Shown piece after piece: positions 25,165-37,955 of a DNA stretch of 64,000 bases; position 1 is the stretch's first letter, and the number at the start of each line of letters is the position of its first letter. The DNA is from Macrostomum lignano (Eukaryota): positions 1 through 64,000 of the forward strand of contig NIVC01001362.1 of NCBI GenBank assembly GCA_002269645.1. The letters run 5' to 3'. A program made the position numbers and the translations under genes. Below the pieces are notes generated by a model. That model searched no databases and was not told the origin of the DNA. It saw nothing but the letters and a program-made list of their open reading frames with translations.

Positions 25165-26213
25165 GCCTCTCCGCTGTCCCCTCAGAATCCTTGAATCTGC
25201 CTCTCCGCTGTCCCTCAGGATCCTTGAATCTGCCTCTCCGCTGTCCCCCAAAGTCCTTGAATCTGCCTCTCCGCTGTCCCTCAGGATCCTTGAATCTGCC
25301 TCTCCGCTGTTCCTCAGGATCCTTGAATCTGCCTCTCCGCTGTCCCCCCAGGGTCCTTGAATCTGCCTCTCCGCTGTCCCCTCAGAATCCTTGAATCTGC
25401 CTCTCCGCTCTCCCTCAGGATCCTTGAATCTGCCTCTCCGCTGTCCCCCCAGGGTCCTTGAATCTGCCTCTCCGCTGTCCCCCCAAGGTCCTTGAATCTG
25501 CCTCTCCGCTGTCCCCCAGAGTCCTTGAATCTGCCTCTCCGCTGTCCCCTCAGAATCCTTGAATCTGCCTCTCCGCTGTCCCCCCAGGGTCCTTGAATCT
25601 GCCTCTCCGCTGTCCCCTCAGAATCCTTGAATCTGCCTCTCCGCTGTCCCTCAGGATCCTTGAATCTGCCTCTCCGCTGTCCCCCCAAGGTCCTTGAATC
25701 TGCCTCTCCGCTGTCCCTCCAGGGTCCTTGAATCTGCCTCTCCGCTGTCCCCTCAGGGTCCTTGAATCTGCCTCTCCGCTGTCCCCCCAGGGTCCTTGAA
25801 TCTGCCTCTCCGCTGTCCCCCCAGGGTCCTTGAATCTGCCTCTCCGCTGTCCCTCAGGATCCTCGAATCTGCCTCTCCGCTCTCCCTCAGGATCCTTGAA
25901 TCTGCCTCTCCGCTCTCCCTCAGGATCCTTGAATCTGCCTCTCCGCTGTCCCCCTAGGGTCCTTGAATCTGCCTCTCCACTGTCCCCCTAGGGTCCTTGA
26001 ATCTGCCTCTCCGCTGTCCCCCCAGGGTCCTTGAATCTGCCTCTCCGCCGTCCCCTCAGGATCCTTGAATCTGCCTCTCCGCCGTCCCCTCAGGGTCCTT
26101 GAATCTGCCTCTCCGCTGTCCCCCCAGGGTCCTTGAATCTGCCTCTCCGCCGTCCCCTCAGGATCCTTGAATCTGCCTCTCCGCCGTCCCCTCAGGGTCC
26201 TTGAATCTGCCTC
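25165..26213. repeat. Minisatellite, 33-34-bp unit CCTTGAATCTGCCTCTCCGCTGTCCCCTCAGGAT
   Basis: About 30 units; explains the DSGEADSR/GTAERQIQG ORFs. Confidence 0.95.
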
Positions 26214-27194
26214 TAAGAGCATCGGCGCCTTGCAGGAAAATTGAATGCGATGAGCGTTGTACACGCCTCTGAGTGAGGTTTTACCATAGAACGGGGTGGA
26301 AATAGCATTTCAGGAAATAACTTCACCAATTTGGTGGGAATACGTATCCCATGGACCTTGTGAGGGCAGAACAAAGGAGAATCCAAAGGCTGTGAACTTC
26401 TTCTCAAACGAACTCTATGCTAATAACCAAATAAAATTTAATAAGATTAAAGCGGAGCGGCTCAAGGAAGTTCCTTCCTTCTGATAGGAATATTGAGGTC
26501 GCCCTGTTTACCACCTTCAATACCTTGCACTTAAGTGGCATGGCTGCTACGGAATAATGAAATCAATGACGGCATGCCTGGTGAGTGAGCCATGTGACCT
26601 TGCGTATTTAATGCACGCATTTCTTAAGCGCGAAATGTCTCAACACTTGCATTTTTGAGCATCGTCTTTGTACATAATTCTAGCCAGAACTAGACAGCAC
26701 ATTGACGAGAAAACGTGGTTTTTCCAGAGAGGTAGGTGGATTAAAGAAATCGGCTTCAAATTTTCGTCTGTATTGGCAATATTCTGTACAAGACATATCC
26801 TACTAATTAAAAAACTATCTGGTAGTTACTATATTTCTTCAGGCAAAGTAAACCTATAAAAATTACTTAAGTGTAGTACACATAATTATTAGTTTTCATT
26901 GCCAGTCTGAGTGAACGCAGTCTAAAAATAGATTTTGTAAACCCCACCAAGCGAGTCTGTCCCATCATTTTTCATCGATCTTCGCCACGAACGAACTGTC
27001 TCGATCCACAGATAAACATGAGCAGTAATTACATGCACGTAGTTCGTATTAAGAGTTAAGAGATGCACGAGTAAGCCCTGACTTGTGATTGTCATAACAG
27101 GTGTCCCAAACGATGCTGCCTCATATTAGTTTGAGTTGTGGGCTGGCGGAAGTGGCTGAAAAGAGTCAGACAATGTGAAGCTTCAAAACTGAGA

Positions 27195-27274
27195 GATCAA
27201 AACCTACATGTAGTTTATTCAAAACATTTTATTCCAGTCTTTGTTGCGTCCCCAACGGGGGCGCTGATTGCTAG
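27195..27274 (+). mobile_element. Helitron-like 3' terminus (GC hairpin + CTAG)
   Basis: GCGTCCCC-AAC-GGGGGCGC hairpin, 6 nt, CTAG followed by T; ~80 bp shared with the inverted copy at 32872-32950. Confidence 0.6.
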
Positions 27275-27758
27275 TCCACTATACTATAACCTATATTACT
27301 ACGTGCATGGTGGGACGCAGCTCATTTCAACAGCTCAACAAGGTTTTGGAGATTAAAAAGTGAGAAAGTGACAGGAAGCGAATGAAAAACAAGGCTCACA
27401 GGCCTCATAAAAGTGCACTTGCACTCAATCGCTGATTGGTCTAGCAGCTATGCAGCGAGCGAACCGCTCTTCACACCCGACCGTACAGAGAGAATCTCCT
27501 TAGTCCCGAAATTGGCAATGATATATAATACACGTATACGGGTCTGAGAGAGAAGGGGAGAGAAAGCCAAGAGGGAGTATAGCTATAAGTAGACACCCAA
27601 CTCAAAAAGTTCCCGCTGAGAGGAGAAAGTGAAAATCGTAGGACAGGCGCAGACTCCATGCAGCCCTTGTAGTCGAGCCATGCCGGCTCTTCAAACTTGA
27701 ACAAGTTCCGCTTTGAACTTTCTTTCAAAAAGTCTATCTTCATCCAGCCATTCACGCG

Positions 27759-28938
27759 ATGGGCAGCGCCATGGCTCGTCTGCTGGCAGTTTGTGCCACT
27801 TCAAAGTGCCGCCATAGTGTCCATCCACGTCAGACACATCCTGTACAGCCGCTAAATCCGCTTCCAAGACAGCATTGGAAGCTGCAGAATCGTCGTCATC
27901 AAAATCAGCATCACCGAGCTCCTCTGGCCCCGATACCGTTGGAGAACTGGCGATTGACTCCGCCGCTGAGACAGTCGCTGCGTCAACGCAGGCAGGAGCC
28001 GCCACCTCATCAGCGTTCTCAAGAAGCTGCTTCTGCAGATTCTTCATCAACATTATCCAGCTTCGCAATCCGGCTGAGTCCCAACGGGGAGGATGACGGC
28101 TCTGACTTTGCGGCATCGTAAGTGCCGTCAGAAGTCTAGAGATCGGCGACAACGCAGTCTAGCAAGCGCGGTTGCGGGAGAGCTCAGCAACAGCAGCAGC
28201 AGCGGAGGCAACCAATGCCGAGTGAGATTGAAGCGAGCCACCGCTTCAGCTGACGGGCCAGCTCAGGTGATTGGCAAAGGGTTTGATTCTGTGCATGGAC
28301 GCATTTATTTGGGGCTTTTATTAGGGTTGTCGTACGATTCAGAACCCAATGCACAGAGAGTGTACATGCCTGTACACGCTTGACGATTAGAAAGTCAGGG
28401 CACCTGTTCACCCTGTGTGAGCGTGTGCACGAGTGCGCGCTTGCGTGTGCTCAGGAGTCAGGAGTACTGCGGGACGATGTCGTCAAATTCGTTGCGTCAG
28501 TATGCTCACGACTCTTCAACGAATATCTTTTTTGATTTACAGGTGATTGACAGCTGGCCTCAGGTGCAACTGAGACTGCGTCACAAGCAACATGAGGAGC
28601 TGCTCAGTCAGCATCAACATCGACCAGATCAACGAGGCAACGGTGCAGCAGCTTCAGCAACAAGGCAGCAGAAGCTGCACGCATTTTGTTGCCTGCCAGT
28701 CAGCCGATGGACCGTCGACTGTCTGCGACGAAGTGCGGATAAAATTGCAGCTCTGGCGACCCGGTTCGACTGTTTGCTGAACGAGCCGGCGGCTTCAGTC
28801 GCGGACGACGCAGGAGAGTCAAGCGAATCGGGCTGCTGCCTGGAAATCTGGGGACCGAATGTGAGCAGAGTGAGGCAGTTTCACGATCGGCTGCTCATGC
28901 TGGCCGCTAGTGAGAATTGCCCCGGCATTAGATTTTGA
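27759..28938 (+). CDS. Probable exons of an unidentified multi-exon gene (terminal exon 28543-28938)
   Basis: Donor ATC|GTAAGT at 28118, acceptor TTTTGATTTACAG| at 28542, protein-like terminal ORF ending LEIWGPNVSRVRQFHDRLLMLAASENCPGIRF*; full structure not resolved. Confidence 0.35.
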
Positions 28939-29019
28939 GAGCAAGTAATAAACAGCTGCATGGACTATTTAGGATACGCTCGTACTGGTCGGTTCCCTAT
29001 TAGAGCTAAATGCATGTGT

Positions 29020-29610
29020 CTACCCCATCTATCTCATCTACCCCATCTACCCCATCTACCCCATCTATCTCATCATCTACCCATCTACCCCATCTACCCC
29101 ATCTACCCCATCTATCTCATCTACCCCATCTACCCCATCTACCCCATCTATCTCATCTACCCCATCTACCCCATCTACCCCATCTATCTCATCATCTACC
29201 CATCTACCCCATCTACCCCATCTACCCCATCTGTCTCATCTACCCCATCTACCCCATCTACCCCATCTATCTCATCTACCCCATCTACCCCATCTACCCC
29301 ATCTATCTCATCATCTACCCATCTACCCCATCTACCCCATCTATCTCATCTACCCCATCTACCTCATCTACCCCATCGACCCTAATCCACCCATCTACCC
29401 CATCTACCCTATCTACCCTATCTACCCCATCCACCCCATCAACCCCATCTACCCCATCTACTCTATCTACCCCATCTACCCCATCAACCCCATCTACCCA
29501 ATCTACTCTATCTACCCCATCAACCCCATCAACCCCATCTACCCTATCTACCCTATCTACCCTATCTACTCCATCAACCCCATCTACCCCATCTACTCTA
29601 TCTACCCAAG
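29020..29610. repeat. 9-bp CATCTACCC tandem array
   Basis: Direct reading; explains STP/PIY/HLP ORFs. Confidence 0.95.
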
Positions 29611-29614
29611 CTAC

Positions 29615-29881
29615 CAGGGGCGTTGCCATGGATTTAATGTGGGGGACAAAGCTACGAATTCTACACGTACATGTGCATTATTTTCAGAGTCGGTGTTGTC
29701 AGCTGCTCATTTTTGCGCCGCAGGCACTCATTTTGGTGCCACAGACGCTATGTTTTGTCGCCCTGAAGCAAAATTATTGATTTCCATAACGCGTAACAAG
29801 GTTGGGTGAGGGGGGACAAAGCATTGGCATGCCACCCCACAGCTTTTACTGGGGGGGGGGAATATGGGTGGCGACGCCCCC
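29615..29881 (+). mobile_element. Small non-autonomous element with imperfect terminal inverted repeats (CAGGGGCGTTGCCA ... TGGCGACGCCCC)
   Basis: Terminal inverted match; internal GCGCCGCAGGCACTCATTTT motif and AGCTTTTACTGGGGGGGGGG end recur inverted at 37682-37955. Confidence 0.55.
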
Positions 29882-31854
29882 ACAATCTACCCTATCTACC
29901 CTATCTACATGTACCCTACCTACCCAGTCTACCATATCTAAGTCTAGATAGATATAAAACGATTAAGTAGTCTATGTCAGATTACAAATAATTAATCTGC
30001 AAACTAGGAGGATCACCTAGCTATAAAAATTCAGCTGATTTTTGCGTACAATCTATCTTTATAGCTGTAAAGCGGTAAAACCCATGTGCAAGTGATTATC
30101 TTCGAGTTTTGTCTTCTTGCGCAACCCACAGCAATCAATGCAGCTCTATCAATCAGTTTTTTTGTATTCTTATTTGAATCATTTTGATTACTTGATTTTT
30201 TGTAGGCGTAAGTAAAACGAACATTTTGATAACAAACTAATAAGATTGAATTTATTTTTTTCTTGGAGCAAACGAGGTTTTCTATTTGTTTTAACACGAA
30301 TTTTTTTCTTAGAAAAAAACATGCGAAGCTCTTATACGGTAGCAATAATGTATCCAGAAAAATACTTTGCCATTCGAAACACGATATCTACGCATTCGCA
30401 GTTTGGTTCTGTGCCACCTGCATTTTTTATCCAGTCAGGCAATATTGTAATATTATATGGGTAGTTCAGAGTGGATCTTCAACTTTGCAAGGTCTTTTCA
30501 CACGTACGTACCTGACACCAAATTAATTATTAGCTATAAAAAATTCCAGAAAAATATTTTGTCTCAATTTATATTCAACATGCAATCAATGAAAGATCAG
30601 AAAGTTTGTTTAAAATTATCAATTTTCGGAACTAATTTTTAATTAGTTATTCTTCAGATATCGAACTCCAGTGCAGAGAATAAATTAAGCCTTTTATAAC
30701 TCGATTCGATTATTTAATTAGCTCATTTGCATAATCTCACCCTCGAAGCTGCTGCAGAATGAAAAGTACAACCCATGCAGTCGGTACCAGCTTGTGTCAG
30801 GTTGGAAACAAAGTACACGGTTAAAAGACTGTAATCTAACAGGGTTTGGAGGCTCAGCGCTGGTTTGTCAGACGATGTCGCCCAAGGCGTTGCGTCAGGG
30901 TGTCTGCAGCAACCCTCCTGCAAATATTTAATGAATTTAGCCACACGGTATATATTGACATTAACTACAGTCTCTTAATGAATTTTCCTAAAGAGAAATG
31001 TACTGCATTCCTATCCGTCAGTAAATTTTTGCAATATTATTTTCAATTATTTTCGGTTCACTGATTCGAGTTGCTCGTCGAAAAGTACAAGCCAAGTAGA
31101 TTAATTATGAAACTCGAAGGCACCGCTCGTACACGAGGGACCAATATTTAATTAGCGCACCCGTATACGCAACTACTGACTGATTATACTAAGTATAGAA
31201 CTATACTTAATAATAACACTGAATGTTTATACAATCACGGATTGCTCGAAAGTTATTAGAAATACTAAACTATATTTCAGATTCTGTGTATCTAGAAGAA
31301 GTCTTTGATCGAGAGCTCCAAGGAGTTCATCCCCGAAGCCCCCGGCCAAAGGGCTTCGGTTTTTGGTTTTGCGCAGTCGGACACTGATTGGTAAAGCAGA
31401 GACGCACAGATAGAGCAAGTAAAAGACGTTTAAATTAACAAGCTCGCGTCAATTCAGCCGTGCCTTCTGTGCTCATCCAGCGTCCCGTCCCGAGACTTAA
31501 TCTGCCTTGTCAGCTTTGGCTTTTTAAGCCACGTTCGGTAGCTTGAGATGGATTAGAGCTAAAGCCAGTAGGGATTAGGGATTAGCGCGATGCAGAGTCG
31601 ACTGACTGCACCCGCCAGGAGGCTGCAGAAGCAGATGCAAAGCTCTGGAGCTGTTTGGCTCTCTTTTTGTTGTTGCATTTTATCGGCAGGAAATTTATAT
31701 AAGACGAGTTTATTAACAACCCGAGACGAGAGACTGTAGAAATAGTAGAACTATTTAAACAAAAATATTGCCAAAAAACTTGTTCATACGTCAGCAATTG
31801 AAGTTGCAAAATCTATAATGATAATATAGATATTTGCATATTCTACAGTACTCT

Positions 31855-32790
31855 GAGATTTGGATAATCTACTCTGAGATTTGGATAATCTACTCCTGAG
31901 ATTTGGATAATCTATTCTGAGATTAGGATAATCTACTCTGAGATTTGGATAATCTACTCTGAGATTTGGATAATCCACTCTGAGATTTGGATAATCTACT
32001 CTGAGATTTTGATAATCCACTCTGAGATTTGGATAATCTACTCTGAGATTTGGATAATCTACTCTGAGATTTGGATAATCTATTCTGAGATTAGGATAAT
32101 CTACTCTGATATTTGGATAATCTACTCTGATATTTGGATAATCTACTCTGAGATTTGGATAATCTATTCAGAGATTTGGATAATCTACTCTGATATTTGG
32201 ATAATCTACTCAAAGATTTAAATAATCAACTCTGAGATTTTGATAATCGAAATTGAGACTTGGATAACCTACTCTGATATTTGGATAATCTATTCTGAGA
32301 TTTGGATAATCTATTCTGAGATTTGGATAATCTACTCTGATATTTGGATAATCTATTCTAAGATTTGGATAATCTATTCTGAGATTTGGATAATCTACTC
32401 TGAGATTTAGATAATCTACTCAAAGATTTAAATAATCAACTCTGAGATTTTGACAATCGAAATTGAGACTTGGATAACCTACTCTGATATTTGGATAATC
32501 TATTCTGAGATTTGGATAATCTATTCTGAGATTTTGATAATCTATTCTGAGATTTGGATAATCTACTCTGATATTTGGATAATCTATTCTAAGATTTGGA
32601 TAATCTATTCTGAGATTTGGATAATCTACTCTGAGATTTAGATAATCTACTCTGAAATTTTGATAATCTACTCTGAGATTTGGATAATCTATTCTGAGAT
32701 TTGGATAATCTACTCTGATATTTGGATAATCTACTCTGAGATTTCGATAATCTACTCTGACAGTTGGAAAATTTACTCTGAGATTTGGAT
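31855..32790. repeat. Minisatellite, 21-bp unit CTGAGATTTGGATAATCTACT
   Basis: Direct reading; explains IIYSEIW ORFs. Confidence 0.95.
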
Positions 32791-32871
32791 AAACTGTATT
32801 ATTAGCATCACCTTCACTGAACTAATATGTATTTTTTATATTAAATTGGCTACGAACATAAAATTATATTA

Positions 32872-33400
32872 CTAGCAATCAGCGCCCCCCGTTGGGGAGC
32901 CAAAAAAATGGAATACTAATTTTTGAATAAACTACATGTAGCTTTTGACCTTAGCCTTGACGTCTCAGCAATTCCCCCCGTAAGCCTTGACATCTCAGCA
33001 ATTCCCCCCGTAAGCCTTGACATCTCAGCAATTCCCCCGTAAGCCTTGACATCTCAACGATTCCCCCTGTAAGCCTTGACATCTCAGCAATTCCCCCGTA
33101 AGCCTTGACATCTCAACGATTCCCCCCGTAAGCCTTGACATCTCAACGATTCCCCCCGTAAGCCTTGACATCTCACAAATTCCCCCTGTAAGCCTTGACA
33201 TCTCAATAATTCCCCCCGTAAGCCTTGACATCTCAACAATTCCCCCTGTAAGCCTTGACATCTCACCAATTCCCCCCGTAAGCCTTGACATCTCAACAAT
33301 TCCCCCCGTAAGCCTTGACATCTCAACGATTCCCCCTGTAAGCCTTGACATCTCAGCAATGCCCCCCGTCAACATTAACATATCAGCAATTCTCCGCAAG
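32872..33400 (-). mobile_element. Helitron-like non-autonomous element carrying an internal 30-bp minisatellite (AAGCCTTGACATCTCAGCAATTCCCCCCGT, 32960-33390)
   Basis: Minus-strand end ...GCTCCCCAACGGGGGGCGCTGATTGCTAG|T matches 27246-27275; the tandem array starts immediately inside the shared subterminal segment. Confidence 0.6.
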
Positions 33401-34591
33401 ACGCTTCTTTTATGTTTGACATGACGCTTCTTTTATTATTTTCAAGTTGACAGAAAATTTCTTAAACTTCGACACTAGTACTTTTTTATGAAAGTAGTAG
33501 CATTCAAACTTTTTGTTTTTGTAGAAGAAAAATTCACAAATAATTTGATTGACATTTGAAAAATTCGGCTACAGCTTGGCTAGCATATTTTGGGAGTCTT
33601 CAGAGTAGCAAAGCGGCTTATCAGAAGCTCTTAACATCTGTAATTATCTTCTCGTAGCATATCAGTGCTCAGCCAATAATGAGCAGCAATCTATAAGAAA
33701 ATCAGTTCGTGCTATATAAGCCACTTCAAAAGCACACCATTTACAATTGCACCACTTCAATTGTAGCAATAGTGAGACTACTTGAGCATTAAACTGTTGT
33801 GCAGTATTTCAAACAGTTAGACATATTCTGCCTGCCAAACAGCACAATGGATTACATAAGTGGCCAATTTTACATTGCAGACCACTTGTCTCGGTTCACT
33901 GCGTTGCATACAGCAATTGAACAGCTACTGTTGAAATTTTGGTTGGAGATGGTAAAAATTGCATAAAGACATTGCCCGCAATACCAGCAAAGAAACACAT
34001 GTATAAAAAAGCAGGCAGAAAACTAGCGTGTTCCTTTGTTTGTACATAGTCAGTTTTTACTGTTAAAATTCTTGGTGATGACACGTGTACGACCATAGCT
34101 ACACATGAATCTTCTATTAGAAATATCACGACCGTTGCGTCATGACACATAAAAAATTTTAACCATTTGACTCATTAAAATTTTTAAGCTATTTAAGGAA
34201 AAAATCGATTTTTATAACGTTTTCAGAGTATCTCAATATTTTTTTTTCATTTTGGTCGGATAGTGGTTTATTTGAAAGTTAGATATCAAACAATATAATA
34301 CGAACTATAGACGTCAGTAACGCTACAAACTTATGAAAAATACTTAAAAGGCACAGATTTCTGAGGTTTGCTAATCGAAAAACCCCATTCAGCGCTACAC
34401 GGGTTCTCTAAGAACGACAAATACGCGTTCCTTACCGACCTCCAGATCAATTCTAAGAAAATCGAGTGGCAGCGTTCTTTTACTGAAGTTGGTATATGTG
34501 CAGTGCTTGATTGTGAGGATAATTCAATTGTCATACGTTCTCTTACTATATCTGCTGATTTTAAGCTGCCTGCGAAGCACCCTAAAAACCT

Positions 34592-34788
34592 TCAAGATTG
34601 AGTCCGGTCGCTGTGCACTCTGGAGTGCTTACGCAACGATGACGGATGGCTGTAGGACTTGCCGCAGTTGGCCACCTGACAGCGATAGCCCTTGGCGCTG
34701 GCGTGCACCTGCGCGTGCTTCTTCCGATCCGAACTGTTGGCGAAGCGCCTGTCGCAGCCGGGGAAGTCGCAGGCGAAAGGTTTCTCAC
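34592..34788 (-). CDS. ZIC: Zic C2H2 transcription factor, exon 3 (ZF4, ZF5)
   Basis: Acceptor TTGCAG|GT GAG AAA; [25 protein letters not shown]...[14 protein letters not shown]: [10 protein letters not shown] and HPSSLRKH are diagnostic for Zic; stop TGA 34594-34592. Confidence 0.95.
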
Positions 34789-34887
34789 CTGCAATGCCCA
34801 GGTTGACGAATTCAAGACACTTAACAAGGGGCTAAGTTAGGAATTTTTTATGGGAATTTCACATCTTTGAAGAGGCTTTTGACATGT

Positions 34888-35171
34888 CTTTGACTTGGCT
34901 GCAGGGCGATCCGAAGACGCAGCGACGAGGCGAACGTCGCCCATTCCGCTAATTCCTGATAAGCCGCATTGGCTAGGGCGCTGGACCGGCAGGGAGGTCC
35001 GCCGGACCTGTCTGCAGCGTTGTCTTCGGTGGGGAAGAAAGGAGGCTCGTTTGGTAGCCCGGAGGAATCGGATAAGACATGGAATGTTCTCGGGCCGGCA
35101 AGCGTCGTCCAGGGACGGGTTGGGCCCCGAGGTAGTGGAGCCGGTCTCAGTTGAAGGCCGGACTGCTAGCA
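34888..35171 (-). mobile_element. 5'-truncated non-LTR retrotransposon insertion with 13-bp target-site duplication
   Basis: GCTTTTGACATGT at 34875-34887 and 35172-35184; minus strand encodes ...DDACRPENIPCLIRFLRATKR, resembling the C-terminal end of the 12.1-12.3 kb element. Confidence 0.75.
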
Positions 35172-35421
35172 GCTTTTGACATGTACTTAAACCAATTTTG
35201 AAGGAAGAGTTCGTTAATCAATCCTAATACATGTTATTAAAGACTACCAATTTGAAAGAATCCACCATGCAACTACAGTAAGTTCAAAGCATTGTCTTTC
35301 AAACTTATCAAACTTTGTCGGTTATATTGTCTAAAATTCTTGTGCTTTTGAAAAGGTTGCTTCATTCAAAACACAAGAGGCCATTATGGTTGCTCTTAAA
35401 AATGATTTACAACATCTTTAC

Positions 35422-35637
35422 CTGTATGAATTCTTAGATGAATCTTCAAGTTCTCTGCCCTAGCGAATCGACGCCCGCAGTTGACGAAGTTGCATCGAAA
35501 CGGTCGCTCTCCGGTGTGAACCCGGATGTGATTCACCAGCTTGTAGCGAGCGGTGAATGGCATAAGCTGACGGGGACAATTCAGCCAGTGACATACGTGA
35601 CGGTCTTTTCGTTCGTCAGCCTCATGACTGTCGTTTG
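35422..35637 (-). CDS. ZIC: Zic, exon 2 (ZF2, ZF3)
   Basis: [58 protein letters not shown]; acceptor CCCCAG| and donor G|GTAAAG, both phase 1. Confidence 0.95.
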
Positions 35638-36173
35638 CTGGGGGGGGGGGACAGCAAACAATATTGATCTTATCAGCCCTTAAGTTGCACGTCGATACAC
35701 CCAAAAATAGCAGCAATAATAGTAATAATATTAACAATAGTAGTCGCAACAGTTAAAAAGGCGTTTTGGAACCTAAATACAACGCAACTGTGCTACATCA
35801 TCCCAGCAGGACTGAGGCAATTCTTCTCATTCAGCAGACTCCTGAACGCATACAAGCGAGCCAATACTGTACTCACGCACTCATGCACCCACTCACCAGG
35901 GTGCACAGCGGCTCTGACTTTCTAAACGTCCAGCATGTTTGCTCTCTGAGCCTTTGGGGCTGGCCCTCATGGGTTCGAATCGCAGGACAACCCACGGGAT
36001 ATTTTTTACAAAAGACCTCAAATTAGATCGCGCAAATGAAATCGAATCCAGGACTCGTGGACTGCTATAAGCTACTCTGCCCCGGCACGCAACCGAAGGT
36101 GACTATTTCAGTTTTACACAAAATTACATGCAGAAGTAAATATAATCCATGGTTACTCGGTGTCAGCACTTAC

Positions 36174-36681
36174 TGGAAGACTTTAGATGATCGCTGGTCA
36201 CATGCTGCACAATATCGCTCACTCTATGAAAGAGTCGACCGCAGTAGCTTTGGTCTGATTCATCGTCGGTACAACTCAGCCACAGGCATCGCAATTCAGA
36301 TGAAGAGGAGGCTGTAGTGACGTTCTGTTCCGACGACGCTTTTGTAGACTTAGACAGTTGGGATTGATGCTGCTGCTGATGCTGCAGTTCTTCTAGCATG
36401 CAGGAAGACACATTAAACGCCGGTTTCTGCTGCTGCTGCTGTTGTTGATGATGATAATAATGATGATAGTGATGGTGCTGAAAGTGATACGACTCAGCAG
36501 CAGGTTGAGTCAGCAGGGTGAGCTGTTGCTGCCGATAGCAGAGACAACAGCAGCAGTACTGACCGTGATGAGTCTGGTACTGCTGGTAATAGCACGAAGG
36601 CTGGTAAGGCACGTAACAGCATAGCGCTTGAGCTCCGGCGCTGTAGTACGGAGCAACCGCAGGCTCTGGTCCAATGAACAT
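36174..36681 (-). CDS. ZIC: Zic, exon 1 (low-complexity N-terminus, ZF1)
   Basis: ATG 36681; CLWLSC...CGRLFHRVSDIVQHVTSDHL (Zic-type ZF1); donor A|GTAAGT phase 1; three exons total 921 nt = 306 aa + stop. Confidence 0.85.
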
Positions 36682-37681
36682 TCCGCTGCGATATTAACTG
36701 ATATAGTTGTGGGGTCGAATGACTTCTTGCAGAGCCGGACGGTAGGGTTCGATCTCTGCGGGAGGCTACTCAACGGAAGGTTTTATTATTGGAATTCGAT
36801 GTTACGCTGGCCTCTGTTCAACACACTTACGCTATTATTCTTCTTCAATTGTGTCTCCGTCCCCACCCGCTGGCCTATCTGCATCAATCCTGGCAGGGGG
36901 TCCGCTAGCGCCATTTACTGGTATTCGACAATTACAATTGTGTAACTGGCATGTTGTCGAATCTTGAGCCTGTATTGCAGGGCCAATCATAGCTGATCAT
37001 AGCTGTATTAGCACATTTTTACCATAAAGTCTGTAAGTTAAATTTCTAATAATATTTACCTCACAGCAATTAAAATAAACTGTCTGTATGATTGGAAAAC
37101 AGTATGAAAGCAGCAGTTCGTGTACGTGTACATTTAACAGTACGTACAATAACGTTATCATGATTACATGTACTTAAAGTCGTGCAGCTATAGATTATAA
37201 ATAATTTTTATACGATTACCAATTAGATACATGCAGGATTAAATTTCATCACTAACAAATATATGCCGGCGGACATCGGAATGATCGAGCGCCCTTTCAA
37301 GATCGACATATCTCGAGTGTGCATGAGTGCATGCTTAACTGACTGCCAGCAGGGCCATCAGCTGTGATCTTTAATCCATTATTCTTACTCGCGTGAATGT
37401 TTTGAATCAGCTGGCAAATAATTGAAGACGGCAGATTTTTGCCTAAATTGTCTACATTAGTTTGGCACCGATTAGAATTCGGGCTCGAGATTCGTCATGG
37501 CTACTCGTACACATGTTATATGCATGCTTATATGCATGGGAGATCATATTACATGCATCTTGTACAGGAAATTCCCACCCCCTCCCTTAAATCCACCCGA
37601 GGGTTCTGGTTGGTGAAAATCCGATAGTTCATCCAAGGACTACTCAAGTGATGTTGAAGGATGGAAAACTACGTTTCTTAG

Positions 37682-37955
37682 CAGGCGCGTCGCCACCGGG
37701 GGATGTCCCCCCCCCCCAGTAAAAGCTCTGGGGGGGGGGGCATGCTGCGCCAAAATGAGTGTCTGCGGCGCCAAAATGAGTGCCTGCGGCGCAAAAAATG
37801 AGTGCCTGCGGCGCCAAAATGAGTGCCTGCGGCGCCAATGCAAAATGAGTGCCTGCGGCGCGAAAAAATGTGTGCCTGCGGCGCAAAAAATGAGTGCCTG
37901 CGGCGCCAAAATGAGTGCCTGCGGCGCCAAAATGAGTGCCTGCGGCGCCAAAATA
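37682..37955 (-). mobile_element. Second copy of the 29615-29881 element with expanded ~21-bp internal repeat (GCGGCGCCAAAATGAGTGCCT)
   Basis: GCGTCGCCACC...CCCCCCCCCCAGTAAAAGCT is the reverse complement of the 29840-29880 end; internal tandem copies of the shared motif. Confidence 0.55.

Noticed and set aside
27691-28152. 153-aa acidic minus-strand ORF as upstream exon of the TIR copy
   Set aside because: It ends in a stop, no suitable donor was found, and splice signals here favour the plus strand; left unresolved.
35638-35749. Signal-peptide-like [15 protein letters not shown] start of the 35396-35749 ORF
   Set aside because: Intronic A/T-rich sequence upstream of the true Zic exon 2 acceptor at 35638.
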